Source of the DNA: an uncultured virus (IMG/VR IMGVR_UViG_3300021375_002229)
Taxonomy: Duplodnaviria > Heunggongvirae > Uroviricota > Caudoviricetes
DNA length: 20,000 nt
Virus record (IMG/VR): IMGVR_UViG_3300021375_002229
Reading direction: 5' to 3' (one strand)
Shown here: positions 8,966 to 17,317 of the stretch, in pieces
Position numbering within the stretch: the first letter of the stretch is position 1
How the letters are laid out: each line of letters opens with the position of its first letter
The notes under the pieces: model-generated
The model's database searches: none
The model's input: only the letters and a program-made list of their open reading frames with translations
Told to the model about the DNA's origin: nothing
Position numbers and translations under genes: made by a program

Positions 8966-9888
8966 TTAAAAGAGTTATAACATATGGAACATCTAATACA
9001 GCTGGTGGTGGATTTGAATTTGATTCTACTATAATAGAAAAGGAATATTGGAAGGGGCAGATGGGTAACTCTCCTAAAACAAGAGGAGAACTTCTAAAAT
9101 CAATATACTCTGAAACACCACTAACACAAGATAATTATTCATGGCCAGGACAACTAAAAAGATTATTTAATGAAAATAATTTAAATATAGAGATAGAAAA
9201 CATATCTAAGCAGGGTTATGGTAATGATAGATTATACAGAAAGTTTTTTGAAGATTTTGATTTACATACTGATTACAAAAAAAACATTTATATCTTTGAA
9301 TTTAGTGATTTAAGTAGAAAAGAGTTTTATTTCAATCCTTTAAAAAACCATGTTGTACTTAATTATGCTTTAAATTACAATAGGAAACAAATAACAATAG
9401 CAGAAAGTTACTTTTACGATAGCAAAGATAAGATAAATCTCTTAAATGATAATTTAGAATTCTTTCATACATTTAGAGAAAATTTCATGGATTATGATAT
9501 TGAAATGAAAGATATATCAAGAAGATTATTGTGGTTTTTGAATTTCTTAAATTTGTATGAAGTAAATTATTACATATCAGCACCACCACAGATTATTCAT
9601 CCACAATATGAATCTCATATAGAATATTCAGATAAGTTAATTGAATTTGGATTTAAAAATAAAAAACAATATAGTTCATTTCATGAGTTTGCATCTCATG
9701 AAGGAATTAAAATTATTGATGAAACTAATGGAGGTTACACAGATGTACATCCTTCTCTATTCGCAACAAAAACTATTTCTAAAATTATTTGGAATAAACT
9801 CGTTCAAGATAATCTTATAAATAAAGATTTGTATGATATTCCGGAAGGTCCTGATTTTTCACAAACAATTAAAAAAAGTATAATGTAA
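8962..9888 (+). CDS. SGNH/GDSL-like protein, paralog 3
   Basis: YGTSNTAG, NISKQGYGN, DVHP. Confidence 0.65.
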   Translation: MIKRVITYGTSNTAGGGFEFDSTIIEKEYWKGQMGNSPKTRGELLKSIYSETPLTQDNYSWPGQLKRLFNENNLNIEIENISKQGYGNDRLYRKFFEDFDLHTDYKKNIYIFEFSDLSRKEFYFNPLKNHVVLNYALNYNRKQITIAESYFYDSKDKINLLNDNLEFFHTFRENFMDYDIEMKDISRRLLWFLNFLNLYEVNYYISAPPQIIHPQYESHIEYSDKLIEFGFKNKKQYSSFHEFASHEGIKIIDETNGGYTDVHPSLFATKTISKIIWNKLVQDNLINKDLYDIPEGPDFSQTIKKSIM

Positions 9889-9901
9889 ATATTTATAAAA
9901 C

Positions 9902-10081
9902 ATGAACAGAGTAAAAGAAGCGGTAATTCAAAAACTATTTAAAGTTATTGATTCAATGGATAAGGCAGAACACATTTATGGTGTAAGAAATTATCTTGAT
10001 TCATACTATAAGTTATATGGATTACAGAATAAAGGTATAATAGAAATATACTTTAGAACTAGAAAAGAAAAGTTTATATGA
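9902..10081 (+). CDS. Hypothetical protein, 59 aa
   Basis: Hand translation MNRVKEAVIQKLFKVIDSMDKAEHIYGVRNYLDSYYKLYGLQNKGIIEIYFRTRKEKFI; ATGA overlap with 10078. Confidence 0.7.
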   Translation: MNRVKEAVIQKLFKVIDSMDKAEHIYGVRNYLDSYYKLYGLQNKGIIEIYFRTRKEKFI

Positions 10082-10827
10082 TACTCTTTTTAGGAGATAG
10101 TATCACTTGGGGGCAGGGATTGCAAATAGAAAAATGGATTTCTGAAGGGAAATCTGTTGATTTTTGTAACAAACACTCAGTACCACATTATCATGGAGAG
10201 CATATTAGTTATGATGATGATATGTTTAGAAAGTCAAAACATTTTCCTAACTTAGTAGCTAAAGAATTAGGTGTTAGCTATTCTACAAAATGGGGTAATG
10301 GTGGAACAAACGATGAAACTACATTTATTATTGAAAATTTAGAAAAGCTCATTCACCCATATACGGTTCAATTGGTAGTTATTCAATTTACAGATATGGT
10401 TCGAGATGATTTGTTTTCATATGTAGATAATAAAAACTTTGGAGATTTAGCTGAACTAAATTTAAAAAATCAAATATTCAGAATTGATAATACTTTATCA
10501 TATCCAAAAAACAAAGATGAAATAATTCCATGGATAGGAATATCTTGGCATAAAGAACATTCTAACTTTTTGAAAGAAAAATATCCTAATAATTTTGTAG
10601 GATTTGAATATAATAATATGAAGTTTGATTGTTTACACGATTTGTATAAATGGAAGAACAATTTATTAAGAGAAGCCGATAGAAAATCCCATAAATTAGA
10701 AATAAAAGATATATATAATGGGATAGGCGATGGACATCCGAGTTCATTTGCCCATGAAATAATAGCTGAGAGTGTATTGAAAAAAATTAAAAGAGAAAAA
10801 ATACAATTTAGTAAGTTATGGAAATAG
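10078..10827 (+). CDS. SGNH/GDSL-like protein, paralog 4
   Basis: Canonical ILFLGDSITWG, GNGGTN, DGHPSSFAHEIIA. Confidence 0.8.
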   Translation: MILFLGDSITWGQGLQIEKWISEGKSVDFCNKHSVPHYHGEHISYDDDMFRKSKHFPNLVAKELGVSYSTKWGNGGTNDETTFIIENLEKLIHPYTVQLVVIQFTDMVRDDLFSYVDNKNFGDLAELNLKNQIFRIDNTLSYPKNKDEIIPWIGISWHKEHSNFLKEKYPNNFVGFEYNNMKFDCLHDLYKWKNNLLREADRKSHKLEIKDIYNGIGDGHPSSFAHEIIAESVLKKIKREKIQFSKLWK

Positions 10828-11087
10828 TAAAAAACAGATACGGTACAGAACGAGTTATTGAAAAAATTGGTGATACCAAACTCAGAATAATGGGAGAATC
10901 TTTATTCTCAAGGGGTTCTGAAGATGAAAATGGTAATCAAACAATGTATGATTTTGAAGGAGGACCATGTTTAAATCTTGGAGGAACAATTAGTTATTTA
11001 GGAGTAGATTTTAAGATAGTTTCAATTAAATCAGAAGAGGTGAAGGAAGAAAATATATCATCTGTTGTAGTGGAGATAGTATTATAA
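10818..11087 (+). CDS. Hypothetical protein, 89 aa
   Basis: Coupled ORF with NRYG and DFEGGP segments; no function recognised. Confidence 0.75.
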   Translation: MEIVKNRYGTERVIEKIGDTKLRIMGESLFSRGSEDENGNQTMYDFEGGPCLNLGGTISYLGVDFKIVSIKSEEVKEENISSVVVEIVL

Positions 11088-11423
11088 ATGATTAACGAAA
11101 AAGTATTTACAGTTCATATTGGAGAAACAGATATTCAGGAATGGATGCAAGGAGTTGGTAAACGAGTTTTAATGCCAATCCTTTTTGAAGTTTGTAAAGA
11201 TGTTATAGAAGGTGAAGAAGAAGAACGAATTGCTGCAAGGGTACAGTTTTCATTGAAAGGAAAACCAAAGATTTATGATTTCATCGTTAAATTAGAAGGT
11301 GTTGGTGATACTCTCAACAAAATAATGAATTGGGCAATTGAAGAAGAAGAGTACGAAATGTGTGGTAAAATAAAAAATACTCAAGAAAGGTTACATAATG
11401 AAGATTTTAGTTATAGGAGATAG
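11088..11423 (+). CDS. Hypothetical protein with C-terminal UvrB/UvrC-like coiled-coil motif
   Basis: AIEEEEYEMCGKIKN resembles the A..E.YE.AA..RD pattern of the UVR motif. Confidence 0.55.
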   Translation: MINEKVFTVHIGETDIQEWMQGVGKRVLMPILFEVCKDVIEGEEEERIAARVQFSLKGKPKIYDFIVKLEGVGDTLNKIMNWAIEEEEYEMCGKIKNTQERLHNEDFSYRR

Positions 11424-12138
11424 TTGTACAGATGTTTTTGTATATGGTAGTTGTGATAGGTTATGTCCTGAAGCACCAATACCTGTATTCAAACCATCAA
11501 AAACCATAACCAATCAAGGTATGGCTGGAAATGTTGTTGATAACCTCAGAGCATTAGGAGTTAGAAAAACTGAACTAATCACTAACAACGAACAAATCAT
11601 AAAAACAAGATATGTAGAAACCAAATCAAACCAAATGCTACTCAGAGTAGATGGTAATGATAAGGTTTCTAATTCATTTGATTATCGTAAGGTAGATTTT
11701 GAATCATATGATGCAGTAATAGTTGCTGATTATGATAAAGGATATCTAACCAACAAAGATATCCAAAAAATTGGTGAATATTCTGAATTATCTTTCATTG
11801 ATACTAAAAAAACTATTGATTTAGAAAACTTCAAAGGATATACTTTCATTAAAATGAATGAAGTTGAGTGGGAGCGTTGTATGGAACATGGAGCAGAATA
11901 TGATGAATGGAAAGATAATCTAATTATAACAATGTCAGAGCGAGGTTGTATGTTTGATAACAAACGATACTCAGTAGATAATACAGTTGAGGTTAGGGAT
12001 TTGAGCGGAGCAGGTGATACTTGGATGGCATCATTTGTAGTAAAATATTTAGAAGAATATAATACAGTAGATGCAATTAAAGATGCAAACAAGAATGCAA
12101 CATTAGTAGTACAAAAACGAGGAGTTTCAACAATATGA
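11398..12138 (+). CDS. rfaE: RfaE/HldE kinase domain (heptose-7-phosphate kinase-like, PfkB family)
   Basis: ILVIGD..D.FVYG.CDRLCPEAPIPV, GMAGNV, IKTRY, LLRVD, DYDKG, RDLSGAGDT, VVQKRG match HldE domain I; no fused nucleotidyltransferase domain. Confidence 0.85.
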   Translation: MKILVIGDSCTDVFVYGSCDRLCPEAPIPVFKPSKTITNQGMAGNVVDNLRALGVRKTELITNNEQIIKTRYVETKSNQMLLRVDGNDKVSNSFDYRKVDFESYDAVIVADYDKGYLTNKDIQKIGEYSELSFIDTKKTIDLENFKGYTFIKMNEVEWERCMEHGAEYDEWKDNLIITMSERGCMFDNKRYSVDNTVEVRDLSGAGDTWMASFVVKYLEEYNTVDAIKDANKNATLVVQKRGVSTI

Positions 12139-12833
12139 AAAATATTCTAATTGGTGGTTGTTCATTTAGTGAAACCTATTTAGACCGAAAAGGACCGCCA
12201 AATCATCCTTGGATTCCATATACAGATTTATTAAAAGTAAATCATCCTAAAACAACTTTTAAAAATACGGCAAGGGAATCATCAGGTAATGCAGAAATAG
12301 CTGAAAATATTGTAGAGCAAGTTATAAATAATGATTATGATTTCGTAATAGTACAATGGTCAGCAATCGGAAGAGGATACGCAACTAATGAAAGTGAATG
12401 GATTGATAAATTATTACAAAGTAATTCAATTGATAGATTACATAGAATAAATAATTATGTAAATACTGGTTTAGCTGAAGGAGCTACTTCTAATGGGTTC
12501 ACTAATATAGTATCATTTTCTCATTACAAAAGTTCTCTGTTAAATATAAAAATGACACAAACATTTTTAGAAAGTAAAAACATACCATACATCTTTTTTT
12601 GGGGATGGAAGCAATTAAACGATGAAATATACGAACAACATCCAAAATTGATTGATAGTATTTATGAAGCAAATTGGTGGTATCCTTCTCAAAAATTCGA
12701 AGGTATGCAACAGTATATACTTTCACAAATGAGTGAAGATGAAGGCCTTGCTGGTGATGGGTTACATCCTTCAACAAAAGGACATGAATTATTTTATAAT
12801 AACATAATAAAGGAGATAATATGGAAGGAGTAA
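12135..12833 (+). CDS. SGNH/GDSL-like protein, paralog 5
   Basis: ILIGGCSFS, NTARESSGN, VIVQWS, DGLHPSTKGHELF. Confidence 0.72.
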   Translation: MKNILIGGCSFSETYLDRKGPPNHPWIPYTDLLKVNHPKTTFKNTARESSGNAEIAENIVEQVINNDYDFVIVQWSAIGRGYATNESEWIDKLLQSNSIDRLHRINNYVNTGLAEGATSNGFTNIVSFSHYKSSLLNIKMTQTFLESKNIPYIFFWGWKQLNDEIYEQHPKLIDSIYEANWWYPSQKFEGMQQYILSQMSEDEGLAGDGLHPSTKGHELFYNNIIKEIIWKE

Positions 12834-12982
12834 TTTGGAATGATAATTCTGTAAGTTGGAAAATGAACGGAAAAATATTTACCACTGCCCCATTTAATAA
12901 TAAAGAAGAAGCTACTGCTTTTTTAGAAAAGTTGGGTAGTTCTCAAATAACAGATTTTAAAGTAGAAGGAATTAAAGTTTAA
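12821..12982 (+). CDS. 53-aa microprotein, paralog A
   Basis: Hand translation MEGVIWNDNSVSWKMNGKIFTTAPFNNKEEATAFLEKLGSSQITDFKVEGIKV; clearly homologous to ORF 19667-19828. Confidence 0.85.
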   Translation: MEGVIWNDNSVSWKMNGKIFTTAPFNNKEEATAFLEKLGSSQITDFKVEGIKV

Positions 12983-12991
12983 TCAAAAATA

Positions 12992-14152
12992 ATGAAAAAT
13001 AACTTCTTACATAAAGGAGATATAGTTTGTAATCCTAAAATGAATTATGTTAGGATTTATACAGGAGCATCATTGGCAGATTGGTTAATAGATGATATTA
13101 AATCATATTCCATGTTAAAAAGTGTTTTAGATTCAGTACTCTCTGCAGTAAAACATTATGATGCTAAAATAGTTTTAGATTCATCATCAGAAGCTGAACG
13201 TCCGTATAGAGATTTGTTGGAAAAAAAACAAGTTTTCAAGTTAGGATGGATAGAAAAATGGAAGAATGAAAATAAAATTAGGGATGATAATTTTGAAATT
13301 TGGGTATCTGATTTTGAATGTAGAAATAATAACGAAAGATATGGGTATTTATTCAGAGCAGTAAATCAATATAAAAATAATGTTTCATATGCAGTAGATA
13401 TAAATTATTTATATAAAAGAAAGTTTCTCAGAAAGTTTTTATGTCCAATGAGTAGAAATACAATTGAAAGAAAAAAATTGTATGAATTATTTGAATCAGA
13501 TGATAACTTGAAACAAAATACATTTTATTCATTTAATTATAGAGAAAATCCACCATATCCTAATCCAGAAGAGGATGATTTACTACCTCATTTACCTTTA
13601 GAACGTTACGGATTAAATAATAATATTGATATTGTTAGAAGAGATGAAACGGCGGGTATTGAATATCAATATACTTCTATTGTTAATATTTTATGTGAAA
13701 CTTTTTTCTATAAATTCAATACTCAAAATGAAGAGCAAGTTCAAAGATTCTTTACAGAGAAAACGTTTAGACCATTAGCTATATGCCAACCTTTTATTTA
13801 TGTAGGAATGTATGGGATGTTAGATAAATTAAAATCATATGGATTCAAAACTTTCGGTGACTTTTGGGATGAAAGCTATGATAATATCGAAGATGATGAT
13901 ATTAGATTAGATATCATAATGAATATAATTAAAAAACTAAATGAAAAAAGTTTAGAGGAATTACATGAAATGTATATTGAAATGATTCCAATATTAAAAC
14001 ATAATTTTAATAGATTATATAATATTGAAAAAGAACACTATGAATTTCATATTTCTCATAATTATAATCAGGTAGGTAATGATGAATCCTACTTTGCAGA
14101 ATTTAGAAAAATATTTGAAAACTATGAGAAAATACCTACCAACATTAGGTGA
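12992..14152 (+). CDS. Putative glycosyltransferase, GT10/GT-B-like paralog 2
   Basis: IVNILCET...FTEKTFRPLAICQPFIYVG...GFKTFGDFWDESYD. Confidence 0.55.
   Translation: MKNNFLHKGDIVCNPKMNYVRIYTGASLADWLIDDIKSYSMLKSVLDSVLSAVKHYDAKIVLDSSSEAERPYRDLLEKKQVFKLGWIEKWKNENKIRDDNFEIWVSDFECRNNNERYGYLFRAVNQYKNNVSYAVDINYLYKRKFLRKFLCPMSRNTIERKKLYELFESDDNLKQNTFYSFNYRENPPYPNPEEDDLLPHLPLERYGLNNNIDIVRRDETAGIEYQYTSIVNILCETFFYKFNTQNEEQVQRFFTEKTFRPLAICQPFIYVGMYGMLDKLKSYGFKTFGDFWDESYDNIEDDDIRLDIIMNIIKKLNEKSLEELHEMYIEMIPILKHNFNRLYNIEKEHYEFHISHNYNQVGNDESYFAEFRKIFENYEKIPTNIR
13839..13887 (+). repeat. Exact 49-nt direct repeat, copy 1
   Basis: atggattcaaaactttcggtgacttttgggatgaaagctatgataatat, identical to 15815-15863. 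Confidence 0.95.
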
Positions 14153-14531
14153 ATTAATAGATAGATTATCTATTGTACAATTAAAAGAAGTGAAGATTCC
14201 ACAACATAAAGAGGAATATGCTAAAGAAATTGAAGATATTATACATGATATCACAGAAATCTTAGATACTAATAAACAATTAAAAATTGATGGAGATTTC
14301 ATCAGAGCAATCGTAGTACTATCTCAAATGAATTTACATATTTGGGTTAATGAAGATAATGCTAGAAGTGGTGATGAGCAAGGTAACCAACTGATGTTAA
14401 CACATGGATTGAATGGAATTAGAAATACTGCTAAGAATAAGATACAAGAATTAGATGGTGGTAGAAAAGATTATAAAGTTGATTGTATCGCATCAGAATT
14501 TAAAGATTGGGAAATAAGTTGGAATAAATAA
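14124..14531 (+). CDS. Helical protein resembling DUF4254/DUF6165 families, 135 aa
   Basis: TLGELIDRLSIVQLK recalls the GELIDK/IDRLSI motif of these families (from memory); ATG at 14124 gives a shorter overlap than 14079. Confidence 0.5.
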   Translation: MRKYLPTLGELIDRLSIVQLKEVKIPQHKEEYAKEIEDIIHDITEILDTNKQLKIDGDFIRAIVVLSQMNLHIWVNEDNARSGDEQGNQLMLTHGLNGIRNTAKNKIQELDGGRKDYKVDCIASEFKDWEISWNK

Positions 14532-14532
14532 A

Positions 14533-14949
14533 ATGACACCAGAGCAGTTTTATTGGAATAATAAACTTTCAAATCAACAATACATGAAGGAAATTAGAAT
14601 TCGTTCATTAAGTTGGATGCTAGACTGTTATGATAGAGGAAAAATTAGAAGAAGAACAATAACACAACTTATACCAGAAGCAAATCTTATTTCATTACTT
14701 CGAGAAATGGAAGAAGTAGAGAGATATGAAGATTGTTCAATAATAAAACAAGTTTTAGATAGAATATATAATCCAGTACAATTTAATACAAAAGAAGTTA
14801 TGAGTAAAAAAAGACAAAAAGAAATAATAGGTTTATTAACAAATACAATTGAAAGAGAAAAAGAAAAGTCCGGTGGTGGTAACTCCGATATTATAGAACA
14901 GCTTTCTAAAAAGTTAGAACAAGTAAAAAATCACCCCAAAGCAAAGTAA
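14533..14949 (+). CDS. Hypothetical protein with UVR-like motif, 138 aa
   Basis: MEEVERYEDCSIIKQVLD resembles the motif in ORF 11088. Confidence 0.6.
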   Translation: MTPEQFYWNNKLSNQQYMKEIRIRSLSWMLDCYDRGKIRRRTITQLIPEANLISLLREMEEVERYEDCSIIKQVLDRIYNPVQFNTKEVMSKKRQKEIIGLLTNTIEREKEKSGGGNSDIIEQLSKKLEQVKNHPKAK

Positions 14950-14958
14950 CTAAATGTT

Positions 14959-16113
14959 ATGAAAGCAAGAGTAATTAGATACGATAATTTAGGTGTAGAA
15001 TCAATACCATGTAATTACAAATCTTTCAACATAGGTTCAATTTTTTTTGTAGATAATTCTCAATCAGCTGATGATAAATTTGAATATTTAAACTTTTCCA
15101 AAAAGAATATTATTGAAAATAAAGATTCATTAGTAAAACTTTTTAACGAGTTAATTGATGAATTTGATGATAAAACAGATAAATTTACCTTCTACCGAAT
15201 ACATGAATGCTTTTGGTGGGATGGGTTTTATTTTTTATATAAAATTCTAAATGAAGTGTTCACAAACCGAGGTATTCATTCAAAGTTAAAATTTATTGAT
15301 AATAACCCTAATTTTAAATTAAAAGACAATTATAGTAACTATAAAGGATTTCCTTATATGTTAGCTATTCCCTTTTACAAACCTACTAAAGAAGATGTTA
15401 ATTTTGAAGCCAGAATAGTAGATAAACATTTTCTTTGCTTAAATCGAAGAATTAAACCATTTAGAGAACAGATAGTTGAAATGATTCATGAAAATAATCT
15501 ATTAGATAAATTTCATTATTCTTTTGGTGTAGATGGTATATCCAATAAACATCCATTTTTTAATTCAATAGATGGTCTTATATTAACAGGATTTAATCCA
15601 ATAACCGGCTATGAAAAATCAACATTTTGTATGTTAATTACGGAAAATACAATTGATAATAGATTTAAAACCGATGATGAATATGTAAATTCCCAAATTC
15701 ATATTAGAGATGGATTATTTATACATCTTACAGAAAAAACTACAAGAGCGCTTACTTTAGGAATACCATTTATTATGATATCCAGTCCATATTCACTAAA
15801 AGTTCTCAGAGAGCATGGATTCAAAACTTTCGGTGACTTTTGGGATGAAAGCTATGATAATATAATAGATTGGGATGAAAGATATAAAATGATTGAAAGT
15901 ATAGTACTTCAGTTATCAAATTATTCAATTGAAAAATGTAATGAAATTTACAAAGAAATGCTTCCTATTTTAAAACATAATAGAAATAGATATTTAGAAC
16001 TAAATAAATATTGGGAAGATAATATAAAAGAGGATGATGATTTTATTGATTATCAATTAGATAATGAAGATGAATATTATAAACTATTTGAACAAATGAA
16101 ATTTACAAAATGA
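14959..16113 (+). CDS. Putative glycosyltransferase, GT10/GT-B-like paralog 3
   Basis: FLCLNRRIKPFR; STFCMLITENT...LTEKTTRALTLGIPFIMIS...GFKTFGDFWDESYD. Confidence 0.55.
   Translation: MKARVIRYDNLGVESIPCNYKSFNIGSIFFVDNSQSADDKFEYLNFSKKNIIENKDSLVKLFNELIDEFDDKTDKFTFYRIHECFWWDGFYFLYKILNEVFTNRGIHSKLKFIDNNPNFKLKDNYSNYKGFPYMLAIPFYKPTKEDVNFEARIVDKHFLCLNRRIKPFREQIVEMIHENNLLDKFHYSFGVDGISNKHPFFNSIDGLILTGFNPITGYEKSTFCMLITENTIDNRFKTDDEYVNSQIHIRDGLFIHLTEKTTRALTLGIPFIMISSPYSLKVLREHGFKTFGDFWDESYDNIIDWDERYKMIESIVLQLSNYSIEKCNEIYKEMLPILKHNRNRYLELNKYWEDNIKEDDDFIDYQLDNEDEYYKLFEQMKFTK
15815..15863 (+). repeat. Exact 49-nt direct repeat, copy 2
   Basis: Identical to 13839-13887. Confidence 0.95.
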
Positions 16114-16898
16114 GTACTTTAGTTACATTAGGATGTTCTTTTTCACAAGGAGATGGTTGTTATGATATAGATACTATGCCAGAAAATTGTGATAATAATA
16201 ATAAAGATTTTCAAGAATATCGAGAGAATAATATGGATAGATTTAATAAAAACTCTATTGGTGCAAATCTTCAAAAAAGATTTGGTTATGAAACCTTTAT
16301 AAATTATGGATACGCTGGTTCTTCAAATGAATCACAATTACTCAATTTTTTCAATAACTTACCAAATGATGAAAATGTTACTATATTTTGGCAACTTACA
16401 TTTTATGATAGAGCATTTGAGATAATAGGCCGAGGTTTTCATGATGCAGGGCAACATAGAAAATGGGTATTGGAAAAAATAGAAGAAAAGGTAAAATCCC
16501 ACAATCAATCTTTACCTCAAATGACGCTAGATAGTAGAATTGAAACAATTCTTAGAATAAATGTATTGAAAGAATATTGTATAGCTAGAGGTTGGAATTT
16601 ATTCATATGGTCTTGGACCAATGATGGTAATGGATTAATATCAATTCAACCAAGCTTATCAGAAATATTAGTAAATTTTAAAAATAAAATACATGAATAT
16701 TCAGATGATTTACCAAACGAATACAAATCACCTATACCAAATGATTCTCATCCAAATGAAAAAGGATATAAGTTAGTATCGGATGATATGTGTAATTGGA
16801 TAGATAAAAATAATCACAGATTAAAGGTACCAATGCCTAATGAAATACCATTGGAACAAATAAAAGTTAGTAATAATCAACAAATCAAATTTAAATAA
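16110..16898 (+). CDS. SGNH/GDSL-like protein, paralog 6
   Basis: LVTLGCSFSQGDG, NYGYAGSSN, IFWQLT, DSHPNEKGYKLVS. Confidence 0.75.
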   Translation: MSTLVTLGCSFSQGDGCYDIDTMPENCDNNNKDFQEYRENNMDRFNKNSIGANLQKRFGYETFINYGYAGSSNESQLLNFFNNLPNDENVTIFWQLTFYDRAFEIIGRGFHDAGQHRKWVLEKIEEKVKSHNQSLPQMTLDSRIETILRINVLKEYCIARGWNLFIWSWTNDGNGLISIQPSLSEILVNFKNKIHEYSDDLPNEYKSPIPNDSHPNEKGYKLVSDDMCNWIDKNNHRLKVPMPNEIPLEQIKVSNNQQIKFK

Positions 16899-16910
16899 AA
16901 GGAAACAATT

Positions 16911-17039
16911 ATGGGAAGTAAATTTTTTGGAAACAAACACGATAAACAAAACAATAAGAATACAAAATCACAAGTGAAAACCAATTCAAAAGGAAAAGGT
17001 GCAAACATGGGGGTTAGAAAAGTAGGACGTGGTAAATAA
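16911..17039 (+). CDS. 42-aa basic low-complexity microprotein
   Basis: Hand translation MGSKFFGNKHDKQNNKNTKSQVKTNSKGKGANMGVRKVGRGK; leader AAAAGGAAACAATT. Confidence 0.65.
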   Translation: MGSKFFGNKHDKQNNKNTKSQVKTNSKGKGANMGVRKVGRGK

Positions 17040-17154
17040 AGATAGAGAGTGGGATTTCTTATATTGGGATGATGAAGATACGGAAGATGGAATAGATGAT
17101 TTCACCATAAAAGAAAAAAATAAACCCTATAACGATGATGAATACGATTATTAA
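17029..17154 (+). CDS. 41-aa acidic microprotein
   Basis: GTG start; MVNKDREWDFLYWDDEDTEDGIDDFTIKEKNKPYNDDEYDY; overlaps the previous stop. Confidence 0.5.
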   Translation: MVNKDREWDFLYWDDEDTEDGIDDFTIKEKNKPYNDDEYDY

Positions 17155-17162
17155 ATAACGAA

Positions 17163-17317
17163 TCGAACCCCCTCCATGAACAAGCGGGAACTCATGTACA
17201 TATTGTGGATAATAGCAGCTTGGATAATTTTACAAATTATAGTGTATAATTGGATAATCTCATTTTACTTATAGTACCCCTACTCCCCCTTTCGTTCTTT
17301 TGTCGTGGGGGGTTCGA
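17163..17317. repeat. Long-range inverted repeat enclosing a micro-ORF
   Basis: TCGAACCCCC(TC)CATGA at 17163-17179 is complementary to TCGTGGGGGGTTCGA at 17303-17317: 10 perfect bp plus a 5-bp extension past a bulge. Confidence 0.8.
17176..17274 (+). CDS. 32-aa hydrophobic single-pass membrane peptide
   Basis: MNKRELMYILWIIAAWIILQIIVYNWIISFYL: charged N-terminus and ~25 apolar residues. Confidence 0.5.
   Translation: MNKRELMYILWIIAAWIILQIIVYNWIISFYL

Noticed and set aside
14079..14123. Track start at 14079
   Set aside because: Gives a 74-nt overlap with the upstream gene; the ATG at 14124 directly precedes the conserved-looking motif.
13839..15863. 49-nt repeat as a DGR TR/VR pair or CRISPR repeat
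   Set aside because: The copies are identical with no adenine-specific mismatches, both are in-frame coding, no reverse transcriptase is in the window, and there is no repeat-spacer periodicity.
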